From Pelistega sp. (GTDB taxonomy: Bacteria > Pseudomonadota > Gammaproteobacteria > Burkholderiales > Burkholderiaceae_B): a stretch of 42,526 bases of DNA. Positions 12,725-21,500 of the stretch are shown in pieces (within the stretch, counting starts at the first letter, position 1; each line of letters opens with the position of its first letter). Under the pieces are notes generated by a model. It did not search any database, was not told the origin of the DNA, and was given only the letters and a program-made list of their open reading frames with translations. The translations under genes were made by a program, and so were the position numbers. The DNA is taken from positions 1 to 42,526 of the forward strand of contig JAXECN010000147.1 of assembly GCA_034093535.1 (NCBI GenBank). Reading direction: 5' to 3'.

Positions 12725-12787
12725 AGACTATACACCAGAACTCTCCCTATCCATCAAAAATGCATAGATAATTGCTTCTTTTTAATG

Positions 12788-12858
12788 TTTTACATTCTGC
12801 AATAAAAAATTTGGTTTGTTTTCTGATAACATAGATATTTGTTACATATACTTATAAT
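12788..12858 (+). promoter_or_regulatory. risA promoter: TATAAT -10 (12853-12858) with upstream OmpR-like (T/G)TTACAT half-sites
   Basis: TTTACAT (12789), ATAACAT (12826) and GTTACAT (12841) precede a perfect -10 with no good -35. Confidence 0.45.
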
Positions 12859-12894
12859 CATTGCAGTTTTAGTAAATAAAGGATACCTATTACT

Positions 12895-13635
12895 ATGCAA
12901 ACAACAGGTGCTGCTTTACCACGTAAACTCTTAGTTATTGATGACGACCCGCGTCTACGTGATTTACTACGCCGTTATTTATCAGAACAAGGATTTACTG
13001 TTCATATTGCCGAAGATGGCAAAGAGATGACTAAAGCAACTCAACGTGAGAATTTTGACTTATATATTCTTGACTTGATGTTACCGGGGGAAGACGGTCT
13101 ATCAATCTGTCGCCGTATCCGTGGGGCTGGTGATATGACACCAGTGATTATGCTGACTGCAAAATCAGAGGATATTGACCGTATTCTCGGTCTTGAAATG
13201 GGCGCTGACGACTATCTAACTAAGCCTTTTAACCCTCGTGAGTTATTAGCTCGCGTAAATGCTGTCCTACGTCGTCGCCAAGTCGAAGAACATCCAGGGG
13301 CACCTAGCCATGACTCTGAAGTCATTAACTTTGGTCCTTATACACTCAACTTATCAACTCGCACACTGACTAAAAAAGGCGAAATTATTCCAATTACAAC
13401 TGGTGAATTCTCTGTCCTAAAAGTCTTCGCTCGTAATCCTCGTGAGCCGATGTCGCGTGACAAGTTGATGGAGTTAGCGCGTGGTCGTGAGTATGAGGCT
13501 TTTGACCGTAGTCTAGATGTTCAAATTTCTCGTTTGCGTAAATTACTCGAACCTAATCCAGCAAAACCTATCTATATCCAAACCGTATGGGGCTTGGGTT
13601 ATGTTTTTGTTCCTGACGCAGACGCTAATCAATAG
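12895..13635 (+). CDS. risA: OmpR-family response regulator (RisA/OmpR)
   Basis: VIDDD, LDLMLPGEDG, GADDYLTKPF receiver domain; winged helix DRSLDVQISRLRK...IQTVWGLGY. Pairs with the downstream kinase and ahpCD as in Burkholderiales. Confidence 0.9.
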   Translation: MQTTGAALPRKLLVIDDDPRLRDLLRRYLSEQGFTVHIAEDGKEMTKATQRENFDLYILDLMLPGEDGLSICRRIRGAGDMTPVIMLTAKSEDIDRILGLEMGADDYLTKPFNPRELLARVNAVLRRRQVEEHPGAPSHDSEVINFGPYTLNLSTRTLTKKGEIIPITTGEFSVLKVFARNPREPMSRDKLMELARGREYEAFDRSLDVQISRLRKLLEPNPAKPIYIQTVWGLGYVFVPDADANQ

Positions 13636-13659
13636 TTTTCTTATCAAGTGTCGACTTAA

Positions 13660-15036
13660 GTGAAACGCTTTTTACCCAAAAAGTTGATTAATCAACTCAG
13701 GCTAGGGGTATTTGGTAGGGCTTTTCTTACCTTATTCCTATTATTACTGACTAGCCTTTCTGCTTGGGTATTTGCCTTTTTGCTCGCTCAGCAAGAACCT
13801 CGTGCTACACAAATTGCTGAGCGTGCTATCACTGCTTATAATATTACCCAGCGAGCCTTTCGCTTTGCTCCACCAGAAACACATCCTGCACTCTTAGTAG
13901 AACTTGCCACTATCGGCGATACACAAGCCTATCCTCGTGAAATTGGTGATACTTATAAGCCTCTCCCCGATACGAATTTCTGGAATCTTGTCGAAAACAA
14001 AATTAGAAGTAGCTTACTACACGACCCAGATTTAATTATCGCCAACGAAGTAAATGGTGTTACGGGTATTTGGGTGAGTCTTCAAACCCAAGAAGGACAG
14101 AATTACTGGTTAGTTATCCGCGACCAACCTTTTTTCACTGATATTAATAGTGAATGGGTTTATTGGAGTCTTATCGTCGTTGTACTTTCTCTGCTTGGTT
14201 CCAGTTTAGCCGCCTTTCTCGCTAATAAACCACTAGGACAATTATCACAGACGGTGCACGCTATTCGACATGGCGAGCAACCTAATCCACTACCTGAGAA
14301 CTCAGGCCCTCATGAGCTACGTACGCTATTCCGTGATATTAATATGATGGTGGCAGACCGTCTACAAGTCGAAAATGACCGTCAAGTGATGTTAGCCGGT
14401 ATCTCCCATGATTTACGTACACCGCTTGCTCGTATGCGCTTAGAACTAGAGATGTGTGCTCTCCCTGAAGCTTCAATGCAGGCGATTGATGAAGACTTAG
14501 AGCAAGTCAATCACTGCATTAACCAAATTCTCGAGTACTCTCGCCCAACATCTGATAAGCCAAGTCGAATCAATATTAGCCAAACTTTAAATAATCTTTG
14601 TCGACTTGAAGCTTCCTATACGGCAGAGTTAAAAGGAAATTTACGCTATCATATTGAAGATAATCTTTTTGCCCATATGATTGAAGGAAATCTGAAACGT
14701 GTTGTTGGTAATCTTATCGAAAATGCACGTCGATATGGTAAAAATGATCAGGACCAAATCGAGATTGAGGTCAAAGCCTATCGCTCTCATCATCATATCT
14801 ATATTGATGTCAGCGACTTTGGCAAAGGGGTAAAAACAGAGGAAATCCCTCGTATTATGCGACCTTTTTCTCGTGGTGAACAGGCTCGTACAGGGGTAAA
14901 TGGCTCTGGTCTAGGGCTGGCTATTTGTGAGCGATTACTCAAGCCAGTGGGGGCAAGTCTAAAATTACTCCCTAATAATCCAAAGGGTTTACTATGTCGT
15001 ATAGAAATTTCCTTATACAATAATAAAAATATTTAA
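13660..15036 (+). CDS. risS: EnvZ-like sensor histidine kinase (RisS), intact
   Basis: Two TM helices, HAMP domain, H-box ISHDLRTPL, N-box NLIENARRYG, DFGKGV and GSGLGLAI. Confidence 0.88.
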   Translation: MKRFLPKKLINQLRLGVFGRAFLTLFLLLLTSLSAWVFAFLLAQQEPRATQIAERAITAYNITQRAFRFAPPETHPALLVELATIGDTQAYPREIGDTYKPLPDTNFWNLVENKIRSSLLHDPDLIIANEVNGVTGIWVSLQTQEGQNYWLVIRDQPFFTDINSEWVYWSLIVVVLSLLGSSLAAFLANKPLGQLSQTVHAIRHGEQPNPLPENSGPHELRTLFRDINMMVADRLQVENDRQVMLAGISHDLRTPLARMRLELEMCALPEASMQAIDEDLEQVNHCINQILEYSRPTSDKPSRINISQTLNNLCRLEASYTAELKGNLRYHIEDNLFAHMIEGNLKRVVGNLIENARRYGKNDQDQIEIEVKAYRSHHHIYIDVSDFGKGVKTEEIPRIMRPFSRGEQARTGVNGSGLGLAICERLLKPVGASLKLLPNNPKGLLCRIEISLYNNKNI

Positions 15037-15066
15037 TTAGACGAAAAGATTTAATAGCTTTACAAT
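15001..15066 (+). promoter_or_regulatory. ahpC promoter: OxyR-like site (15001-15037) abutting -35 TAGACG (15038-15043), 17-nt spacer, -10 TACAAT (15061-15066)
   Basis: Tetrads ATAG/CTTA/ATAA/TAAT at the ATAG-N7-CTAT-N7-ATAG-N7-CTAT spacing, with canonical -35/-10 geometry. Confidence 0.6.
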
Positions 15067-15128
15067 ATCGTTATGGTGTAGTTAAGTCATAACGACTTAT
15101 CCCTTAGTTAACTTTAAAGGAATTAAAG

Positions 15129-15677
15129 ATGAAAACAGTTGGTGAAAAATTAGAAGCGTTCAAAGTAGTTGGTGTTAAACCTGGTTTCAACAACCACGAA
15201 GAAAATGGCGTATCAGCTTTCGAAGACATCACAGAAAGCTCATTCCCAGGTAAATGGAAAATCATTTACTTCTATCCAAAAGATTTCACTTTCGTGTGCC
15301 CAACAGAAATCGTTGGTTTCAACAACTTAGCTAAAGATTTCGAAGACCGTGAAGCTGTATTATTAGGCGGTTCTGTTGATAACGAGTTTTGTAAATTAGC
15401 ATGGCGTCGTGACCACAAAGACTTAGATCGTTTAGGTCACTACCAATTCGCTGATACAACTGGTTCTCTAATCGACCAATTAGGCGTGCGTGAAAAAGGT
15501 GCTGGTGTTGCTCTACGTGCTACATTCATCGTTGACCCAGACAACGTTATCCAACACGTTTCTGTAAACAACTTAAACGTTGGTCGTAACCCAGACGAAA
15601 TCTTACGTATTTTAGACGGTCTACAAACTGACGAGTTATGCCCATGCAACCGTGCAGCTGGTGGTGCAACTCTATAA
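15129..15677 (+). CDS. ahpC: Peroxiredoxin AhpC (AhpD-partnered type)
   Basis: FYPKDFTFVCPTE peroxidatic motif, GRNPDEILR and C-terminal LCPCN. Strong AAGGA SD and highly biased codon usage. Confidence 0.97.
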   Translation: MKTVGEKLEAFKVVGVKPGFNNHEENGVSAFEDITESSFPGKWKIIYFYPKDFTFVCPTEIVGFNNLAKDFEDREAVLLGGSVDNEFCKLAWRRDHKDLDRLGHYQFADTTGSLIDQLGVREKGAGVALRATFIVDPDNVIQHVSVNNLNVGRNPDEILRILDGLQTDELCPCNRAAGGATL

Positions 15678-15730
15678 TTTGTTAGCTAACAAACATATAG
15701 CATAGACGTGCTATCTTCGGGTAGCACGAG

Positions 15731-15760
15731 TGGCTCGGCTATATGCTGGGCCATTTTTGT
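15731..15760 (+). terminator. Intrinsic terminator after ahpC (internal to ahpC-ahpD)
   Basis: Stem TGGCTCGGC / GCTGGGCCA with loop TATAT, followed by TTTTTGT. Confidence 0.7.
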
Positions 15761-15837
15761 ATCTGGTGGTTGATAAGTTACCCCTGTTAAACTACTTTTC
15801 CACTTATCAACCACTCTACCTCTTAAGGACAACTACT

Positions 15838-16356
15838 ATGGAATTCTTATCTGTTATTAAAAATGAAATCCCTGATTGGGCAAAAGACATCCGTTTAAAC
15901 TTAGACGGTACAATCGCTCGTTCTTCATTATCTGCTGCTGATGCAGTAGGTGTTGCTTTAGCAGCAGCATATGCAGCAAAAAGCACTTTCTTAATTGAGC
16001 AATTTAAATCAGGTCTAAGTGAAGAAGATGTTAACGGTGTATTAACAGCAGCTGCTCTTATGGGTATGAACAATGTCTACTATCCATTTACAGAAATGGC
16101 TGGTGATGATCAGTTACGTACTTTACCTGCTAAACTTCGTATGAATGCTTATGCTACTCATGGTGGTATTGATAAAGCACGTTTTGAAATTTTCGGTTTA
16201 GCGGCTTCTATCGTTGGTAAATGTCATTTCTGCGTTAAATCACACTATGACAATGCTAAGGCTGCAGGTTTAACTGTTGAGCAATTACAAGACGTTGGTC
16301 GTATTGCTTCTGTGGTCAATGCAGCTGCTCAAGTATTAGCTGTTCAAGGTAAATAA
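15838..16356 (+). CDS. ahpD: Alkyl hydroperoxide reductase AhpD (carboxymuconolactone decarboxylase family)
   Basis: The true start is probably ATG 15838 after an AAGGA SD (MEFLSVIK...). IPDWAKDIRLNL, AALMGMNNVYY, E...LAASIVGKCHFCVKSH with CxxC. Confidence 0.95.
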   Translation: MEFLSVIKNEIPDWAKDIRLNLDGTIARSSLSAADAVGVALAAAYAAKSTFLIEQFKSGLSEEDVNGVLTAAALMGMNNVYYPFTEMAGDDQLRTLPAKLRMNAYATHGGIDKARFEIFGLAASIVGKCHFCVKSHYDNAKAAGLTVEQLQDVGRIASVVNAAAQVLAVQGK

Positions 16357-16460
16357 GCAAAGTAAGCCCACACGGAGAGACATTCACTCGTAGCGACATT
16401 GGAAACGGCGAAGCACTTTCCGGAGCAAGAGTGAATTGTCTGCAGTGTGGGCATTATGCT
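16357..16460. repeat. ~100-nt imperfect palindromic (MITE/REP-like) element, full copy
   Basis: GCCCACAC (16366-73) pairs with GTGTGGGC (16445-52); AGACATTCACTC pairs with GAGTGAA(T)TGTCT; TTGGAAA pairs with TTTCCGG; apical GCGAAGC. A related half copy lies at 18499-18551. Confidence 0.75.
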
Positions 16461-17269
16461 TATGTTCGCTCTGGATAAAATGGCATAATGCCTGCTTGTT
16501 CAACATTCAAAACAGTCTGCAAACTTTGCAATCTTCTCACAATTTCTGCCGTCACTTCTTCTGCTGCGACTAAATCCCCTTGGCTCACGCGAGTTTCTGT
16601 TTTGCCAAATAAAGCAGCGTCTAATAAATGCCAAGCATGTGCTCGGGGATGACATAAATGTTTAACACCCGGTTCATTATCACCAAACAACGTTCCCACC
16701 ACGGTACAACGTGTAAAGGCAATACCTAGTGCGCCATCTTCTCCCCCTAAGCGGCGAAACAAATCATGTTGAGGAAAACCACCTGCTGCCATAAAGGCAG
16801 TGCGACGAAAAATCATATTCCCGCCAACCGTCATCGCTAAGGTCTGCCAGACTTTATTAAAGTTTGGGTGCGTCTGATAATGCGCTGGCAAGTTTATTGG
16901 AGATAATTTTAGTCTGACTAAACTGACATAGGCATACTGCTGAAAAATCATATAAGCGGCACTTAATGCGCCTATATCATATTCATCATCAGCGTCTAGA
17001 AAAGCGATAATATCCGCATCACTCTGCATTGCTCCCCAGTTACGTGCGCGTGCTGCTCCCCCATTTTGAGGCATAGATAATAACCGTACTTGATTAGGGT
17101 ACTGTGCTGCCAATTGCAGCATAAGGTCAGCACTTTGGTCAGTTGAGGCATCATCCACAATAAAGACATAACGAACCTCTCGTTGAACCAAAGCACTCTC
17201 AACAGCTTTTACTAAAGTTTCCTCATCGTTATAACAAGGAATGACGACATCTAATGTCAACGCATTCAT
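16460..17269 (-). CDS. Glycosyltransferase family 2 (GT-A fold)
   Basis: DVVIPCYN, IVDDASTD, NGGAARARNWG, AFLDADD (DxD), GGF and GGEDG acceptor motifs. Confidence 0.92.
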   Translation of the reverse strand: MNALTLDVVIPCYNDEETLVKAVESALVQREVRYVFIVDDASTDQSADLMLQLAAQYPNQVRLLSMPQNGGAARARNWGAMQSDADIIAFLDADDEYDIGALSAAYMIFQQYAYVSLVRLKLSPINLPAHYQTHPNFNKVWQTLAMTVGGNMIFRRTAFMAAGGFPQHDLFRRLGGEDGALGIAFTRCTVVGTLFGDNEPGVKHLCHPRAHAWHLLDAALFGKTETRVSQGDLVAAEEVTAEIVRRLQSLQTVLNVEQAGIMPFYPERT

Positions 17270-17274
17270 CTTTT

Positions 17275-17757
17275 TTATTTGCTTAACAGGACAACCACTG
17301 TCGCCGCAATCCCTTCTTTGCGACCGAGAAACCCTAAATTTTCATTGGTTTTGCCTTTGACATTGACTGCCTCTTCTGCAATTTGCAAATCAGCTGCAAT
17401 ATTACGTACCATAGCCGGTGCATGCGGCATAATTTTTGGAGCTTGTGCGTGAATAGTCGCATCCACATTCACCACAGACCACCCCGCTAACCGGACTTTA
17501 TCAAAAGCCGCTCGTAGTAGCACGCGGCTATCCGCCCCTTTATATTGAGGATCCGTATCAGGAAATAATCGACCAATATCACCCATACCTGCTGCACCCA
17601 ATACCGCATCAGTAATTGCGTGCAATAATGCATCGGCATCCGAATGACCTTGTAGACCGTGGGTATGAGGAATAGTCACACCACCTAAAATCAAAGGACG
17701 TCCTTCTACTAAAGCATGAACATCAAAGCCCTGCCCTACTCGAAACGATGGAATCAT
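17275..17757 (-). CDS. ispF: 2-C-methyl-D-erythritol 2,4-cyclodiphosphate synthase
   Basis: [53 protein letters not shown]. Confidence 0.97.
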   Translation of the reverse strand: MIPSFRVGQGFDVHALVEGRPLILGGVTIPHTHGLQGHSDADALLHAITDAVLGAAGMGDIGRLFPDTDPQYKGADSRVLLRAAFDKVRLAGWSVVNVDATIHAQAPKIMPHAPAMVRNIAADLQIAEEAVNVKGKTNENLGFLGRKEGIAATVVVLLSK

Positions 17758-18458
17758 AAAAAATACTCCACTAATTCAAAATCTTCTGGCCAAGTGACTT
17801 TTAAATTTTTCCAATGTCCCTTAACCAATAAACACTTATCGCCGACAAACTCTACCGCACTCGCCTCATCAGTCACTGCAAATCCAGCCTGTAAAGCCTT
17901 TTTCAACGCATTCTCAAGCTGAGCTTTTTTGAATAATTGGGGAGTTTGTGCTAACCATAACCCTTGTCGCTCAATTGTTTTATCAATCAGCTGAGTATCG
18001 GTTTGCTGTCGCTTAACCGTATCTCCCACCGGCACTGCCAGAATACCACCCGTATCTGCTGCCAAACATTGTTGAATTAAAGCGTCTAGATTGGCTAAAG
18101 GCAGTCCGGGTCGTGCACCGTCATGCACCATCACCCATGCATTATCATCTAATTGACTTGCCGCCAGTGTATTTAACACCGTATCCGCTCGCGTCGCTCC
18201 CCCTGTTCGAGAAACAATACATGATGAGGGTAAATCTAGAGTATCAATCCAATCATCATTTGCAGCCACACCGATATACACATTTTTAATCGCTGGGTGT
18301 GCTAGCAATGCCGCTATAGTATGGCGTAACATCACCTGATGTTTGATGAGACGATATTGTTTAGGAATAGCCATGCCATCACGTACTGCCTGAGCACGCT
18401 CCCCTACTCCACCAGCAGGAATAATCGCCGTTATCGTGGGCATTGTTTGCATAATCAT
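17754..18458 (-). CDS. ispD: 2-C-methyl-D-erythritol 4-phosphate cytidylyltransferase (start may be a downstream Met)
   Basis: [67 protein letters not shown] overlap with ispF. Confidence 0.96.
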   Translation of the reverse strand: MIMQTMPTITAIIPAGGVGERAQAVRDGMAIPKQYRLIKHQVMLRHTIAALLAHPAIKNVYIGVAANDDWIDTLDLPSSCIVSRTGGATRADTVLNTLAASQLDDNAWVMVHDGARPGLPLANLDALIQQCLAADTGGILAVPVGDTVKRQQTDTQLIDKTIERQGLWLAQTPQLFKKAQLENALKKALQAGFAVTDEASAVEFVGDKCLLVKGHWKNLKVTWPEDFELVEYFL

Positions 18459-18498
18459 TATGTTTAGGAAAATAAAGAATTATTGTAACAGTTTTGAG

Positions 18499-18551
18499 TT
18501 CACCGTTTCCAAAGTCGCTGCGAGCAAACACCACTCCGTGAGGCTTATGCT
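18499..18551 (-). repeat. Diverged half copy of the 16357-16460 element, inverted orientation
   Basis: The reverse complement TAAGCCTCACGGAGTGGTGTTTGCTCGCAGCGACTTTGGAAACGGTGAA aligns with TAAGCCCACACGGAGAGACATTCACTCGTAGCGACATTGGAAACGGCGAA (16363-16412) at 39 of 50 columns by hand count. Confidence 0.8.
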
Positions 18552-18584
18552 TTACAATAACCCTTTTACACCCTGTTTATCGCC

Positions 18585-21500
18585 ATGAAAAGCTTTACCC
18601 AGTTACCCGCTAGTGCATTAAAAATTGGACAAAAATTCACTCTTGCCAAACCTGTTGGTTCTGGCGATGCACTTTGGTTAACTGAGCTCGCTTCACAAGA
18701 AAAAAAATGCATTGCCGTTTTTTGTGCTGACCCCTTAGAAGCACAACGACTCACCGAGGAAATGCGACTTTTTAACCAAGACCTTCGCATTAATCAATTT
18801 CCTGATTGGGAAACATTACCCTATGATACCTTTTCTCCTCATCAGGACTTAATCTCCGAGCGTCTGCAAACACTGAACCAGCTACGACATGGTGAGGTAG
18901 ACATTCTCATTATCCCTGTCACTACAGCGCTTTATCGATTAGCTCCTCCGTCTTTTTTAGCAGCATTCACCTTTTCTTTTAAAAAAGGCGCAAGCTTAAA
19001 TGAACAAGCGTTAAAAGAACAATTAACGCTTGCCAACTATAACCACGTCAGTCAAGTCACAGCATCAGGGGAATTTAGTGTTCGTGGGAGCATTATCGAT
19101 ATCTTCCCAATGGGGTCTGCACTCCCTTATCGTCTAGACTTAATGGATGATGAGATTGACTCCATTCGTTCATTCAACGTCGATACTCAGCGTAGTATTT
19201 ATCCCGTCAATGAGGTCAATCTACTACCAGGGCGTGAGTTTCCTATGGACCCAGAATCTCGCCAACAGTTTCGTGCGCGTTTTCGAGAAATGTTTGAGGG
19301 TGACCCGTCTCGCGCTCTTCCCTATAAAGATGTGGGCAATGGGATTAACTTTGCTGGTATTGAATATTATCTCCCGCTTTTCTTTGAGGAGACCGCAACT
19401 ATTTTTGACTATCTTCCTGAGGATAGTATCAGCATTACACTCGGTGATATTGACAAGACGATACATGATTTTAGTGAGGACACACAAAACCGCTATCGCT
19501 TTTTAAGCAGTGACCGTGAACGTCCTATCCTAGCGCCAGAACATTTGTTCTTATCCAACGAACAATTTTTTCAAGCTTTAAAAAACTTTCCTCGCTTAAG
19601 TTTTGATTATCAAACCCAGAGTAAAACTATTGCTACTCCACCTAACGTCGCTGTTTTACGTCGCCAAGAAGAACCTTTTCATCATCTCAAACAGTTACTA
19701 GAAACTCATGAATGGCAAGTCTTACTCTGTACAGACTCAGCAGGTCGTCGCGAAACTTTGCTCCAACTTTTACAAGAAAATCAACTACGCCCATCCATTG
19801 TCGTAGAGCGCATTAAAGACTTTTTTGATGCACCTCAAGGATTTGCCATGGTGGTGGCACCGCTACAAAAAGGCTTTGCACTCACCGAAGACAAGATAAT
19901 CATTATCACGGAAAATGACCTCTATCCAGAAAGTGCAGGACAGGTACGTCGTCGCCGTCAACAAGAAAAGCATAGTGATGTTGATGCAATGGTACGCGAC
20001 CTTTCTGAACTACAAGAAGGCGACCCTATTGTTCATGTTCAACATGGGATTGGGCGTTATCGTGGTCTTATGCATATGGAGATTAATGGCGACCTTGTCG
20101 AAATGCTGCAAATTGATTATGCCGGCGAGAGTAAGCTTTATGTGCCAGTCTCACAGCTGCATGTGATTTCTCGCTATTCAGGAACAGACCCTGATGACGC
20201 GCCACTACATAAATTAGGTTCAGGGCAATGGGAAAAAGCACGTAAAAAAGCCGCCAAACAGGTTCGCGATACGGCAGCAGAACTCTTACATATCTACGCA
20301 CAACGTGCTTTACGTCAAGGCTTTAGCTTCAATCTACCACTACAAGACTATGAGCAATTTGTCGAGGGTTTTGGTTTTGAAGAGACAGCAGACCAAGCAC
20401 AGGCAATCAATGCTGTCATCCATGATATGACGAGCGACAAACCGATGGATCGACTGGTTTGTGGCGATGTCGGTTTTGGTAAAACTGAAGTGGCATTACG
20501 TGCGGCTTTTTTATGTATTGCTAATGGACAACAAGTCGTTATGCTTTGTCCAACTACCCTACTGGCAGAGCAACATGCGCAGACCTTTAGTAACCGTTTT
20601 GCTGATTGGCCTGTCAAAATCGCAGAACTCTCTCGTTTTCGTTCGAGCAAAGAAGTTGCGGCTACCCTACAAGGGCTAGCGGATGGTACAGTCGATATGG
20701 TGATTGGCACACATAAAGTATTATCAAAAGAGGTTAATTTTAAGCGTCTAGGTTTAGTCATTATTGACGAAGAACATCGTTTCGGCGTCCGTCAAAAGGA
20801 AGCCTTAAAAGCGTTGCGTTCGGAAGTTGATATTCTAACGCTCACTGCCACTCCTATTCCTCGCACATTAAGTATGTCTTTAGAGGGCATTCGTGATTTC
20901 TCAGTGATTGCAACGGCACCACAAAAACGTCTAGCGATTAAGACCTTTGTCCGCCGAGAAGACAATAGCACCATCCGTGAGGCTGTATTGCGAGAGTTAA
21001 AACGTGGTGGACAAGTATATTTCTTGCACAATGAAGTCGATACCATTTACAACCGTAAAGCACGCTTAGAAGAGTTAATTCCTGAAGCACGTATTGGTGT
21101 CGCTCATGGACAAATGAATGAGCGAGAGCTTGAAACCGTGATGAAAGACTTCTATCACCAACGCTGTAATATTCTGCTATGCACCACCATTATTGAAACA
21201 GGTATTGATGTCCCTAGTGCTAATACCATTATCATGCATCGTGCAGATAAATTAGGGCTTGCCCAACTTCATCAACTACGAGGTCGAGTTGGACGCTCTC
21301 ACCATCAAGCCTATGCTTACCTTTTAACACCGGGTGAAGAAGCAATTAGCTCTCAAGCGAAAAAACGACTAGAGGCGATTCAATCGATGGAAGAGCTGGG
21401 CTCTGGCTTTTACCTCGCTATGCATGATTTAGAAATTCGTGGTACGGGTGAGGTTTTAGGTGATCAACAATCTGGCAATATTCAAGAGGTCGGTTTTACA

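Noticed and set aside
15730-15837. N-terminal extension of AhpD in the ORF track (GTG 15730)
   Set aside because: It runs through terminator and hairpin sequence with no SD. ATG 15838 has an AAGGA SD and gives a normal-length AhpD.
16357-16460. Integron attC site following the GT2 gene
   Set aside because: The fold with bulged bases and the GCATAA(T/G) ends are reminiscent, but the invariant AAC/GTT triplets are absent at both ends and there is no integrase or cassette array.
16357-16460. SRP (4.5S) RNA or 6S RNA
   Set aside because: It lacks the SRP domain IV motif (CAGG..GGAA..AGCA), is too short for 6S with no central bubble, and a second diverged copy argues for a repeat.
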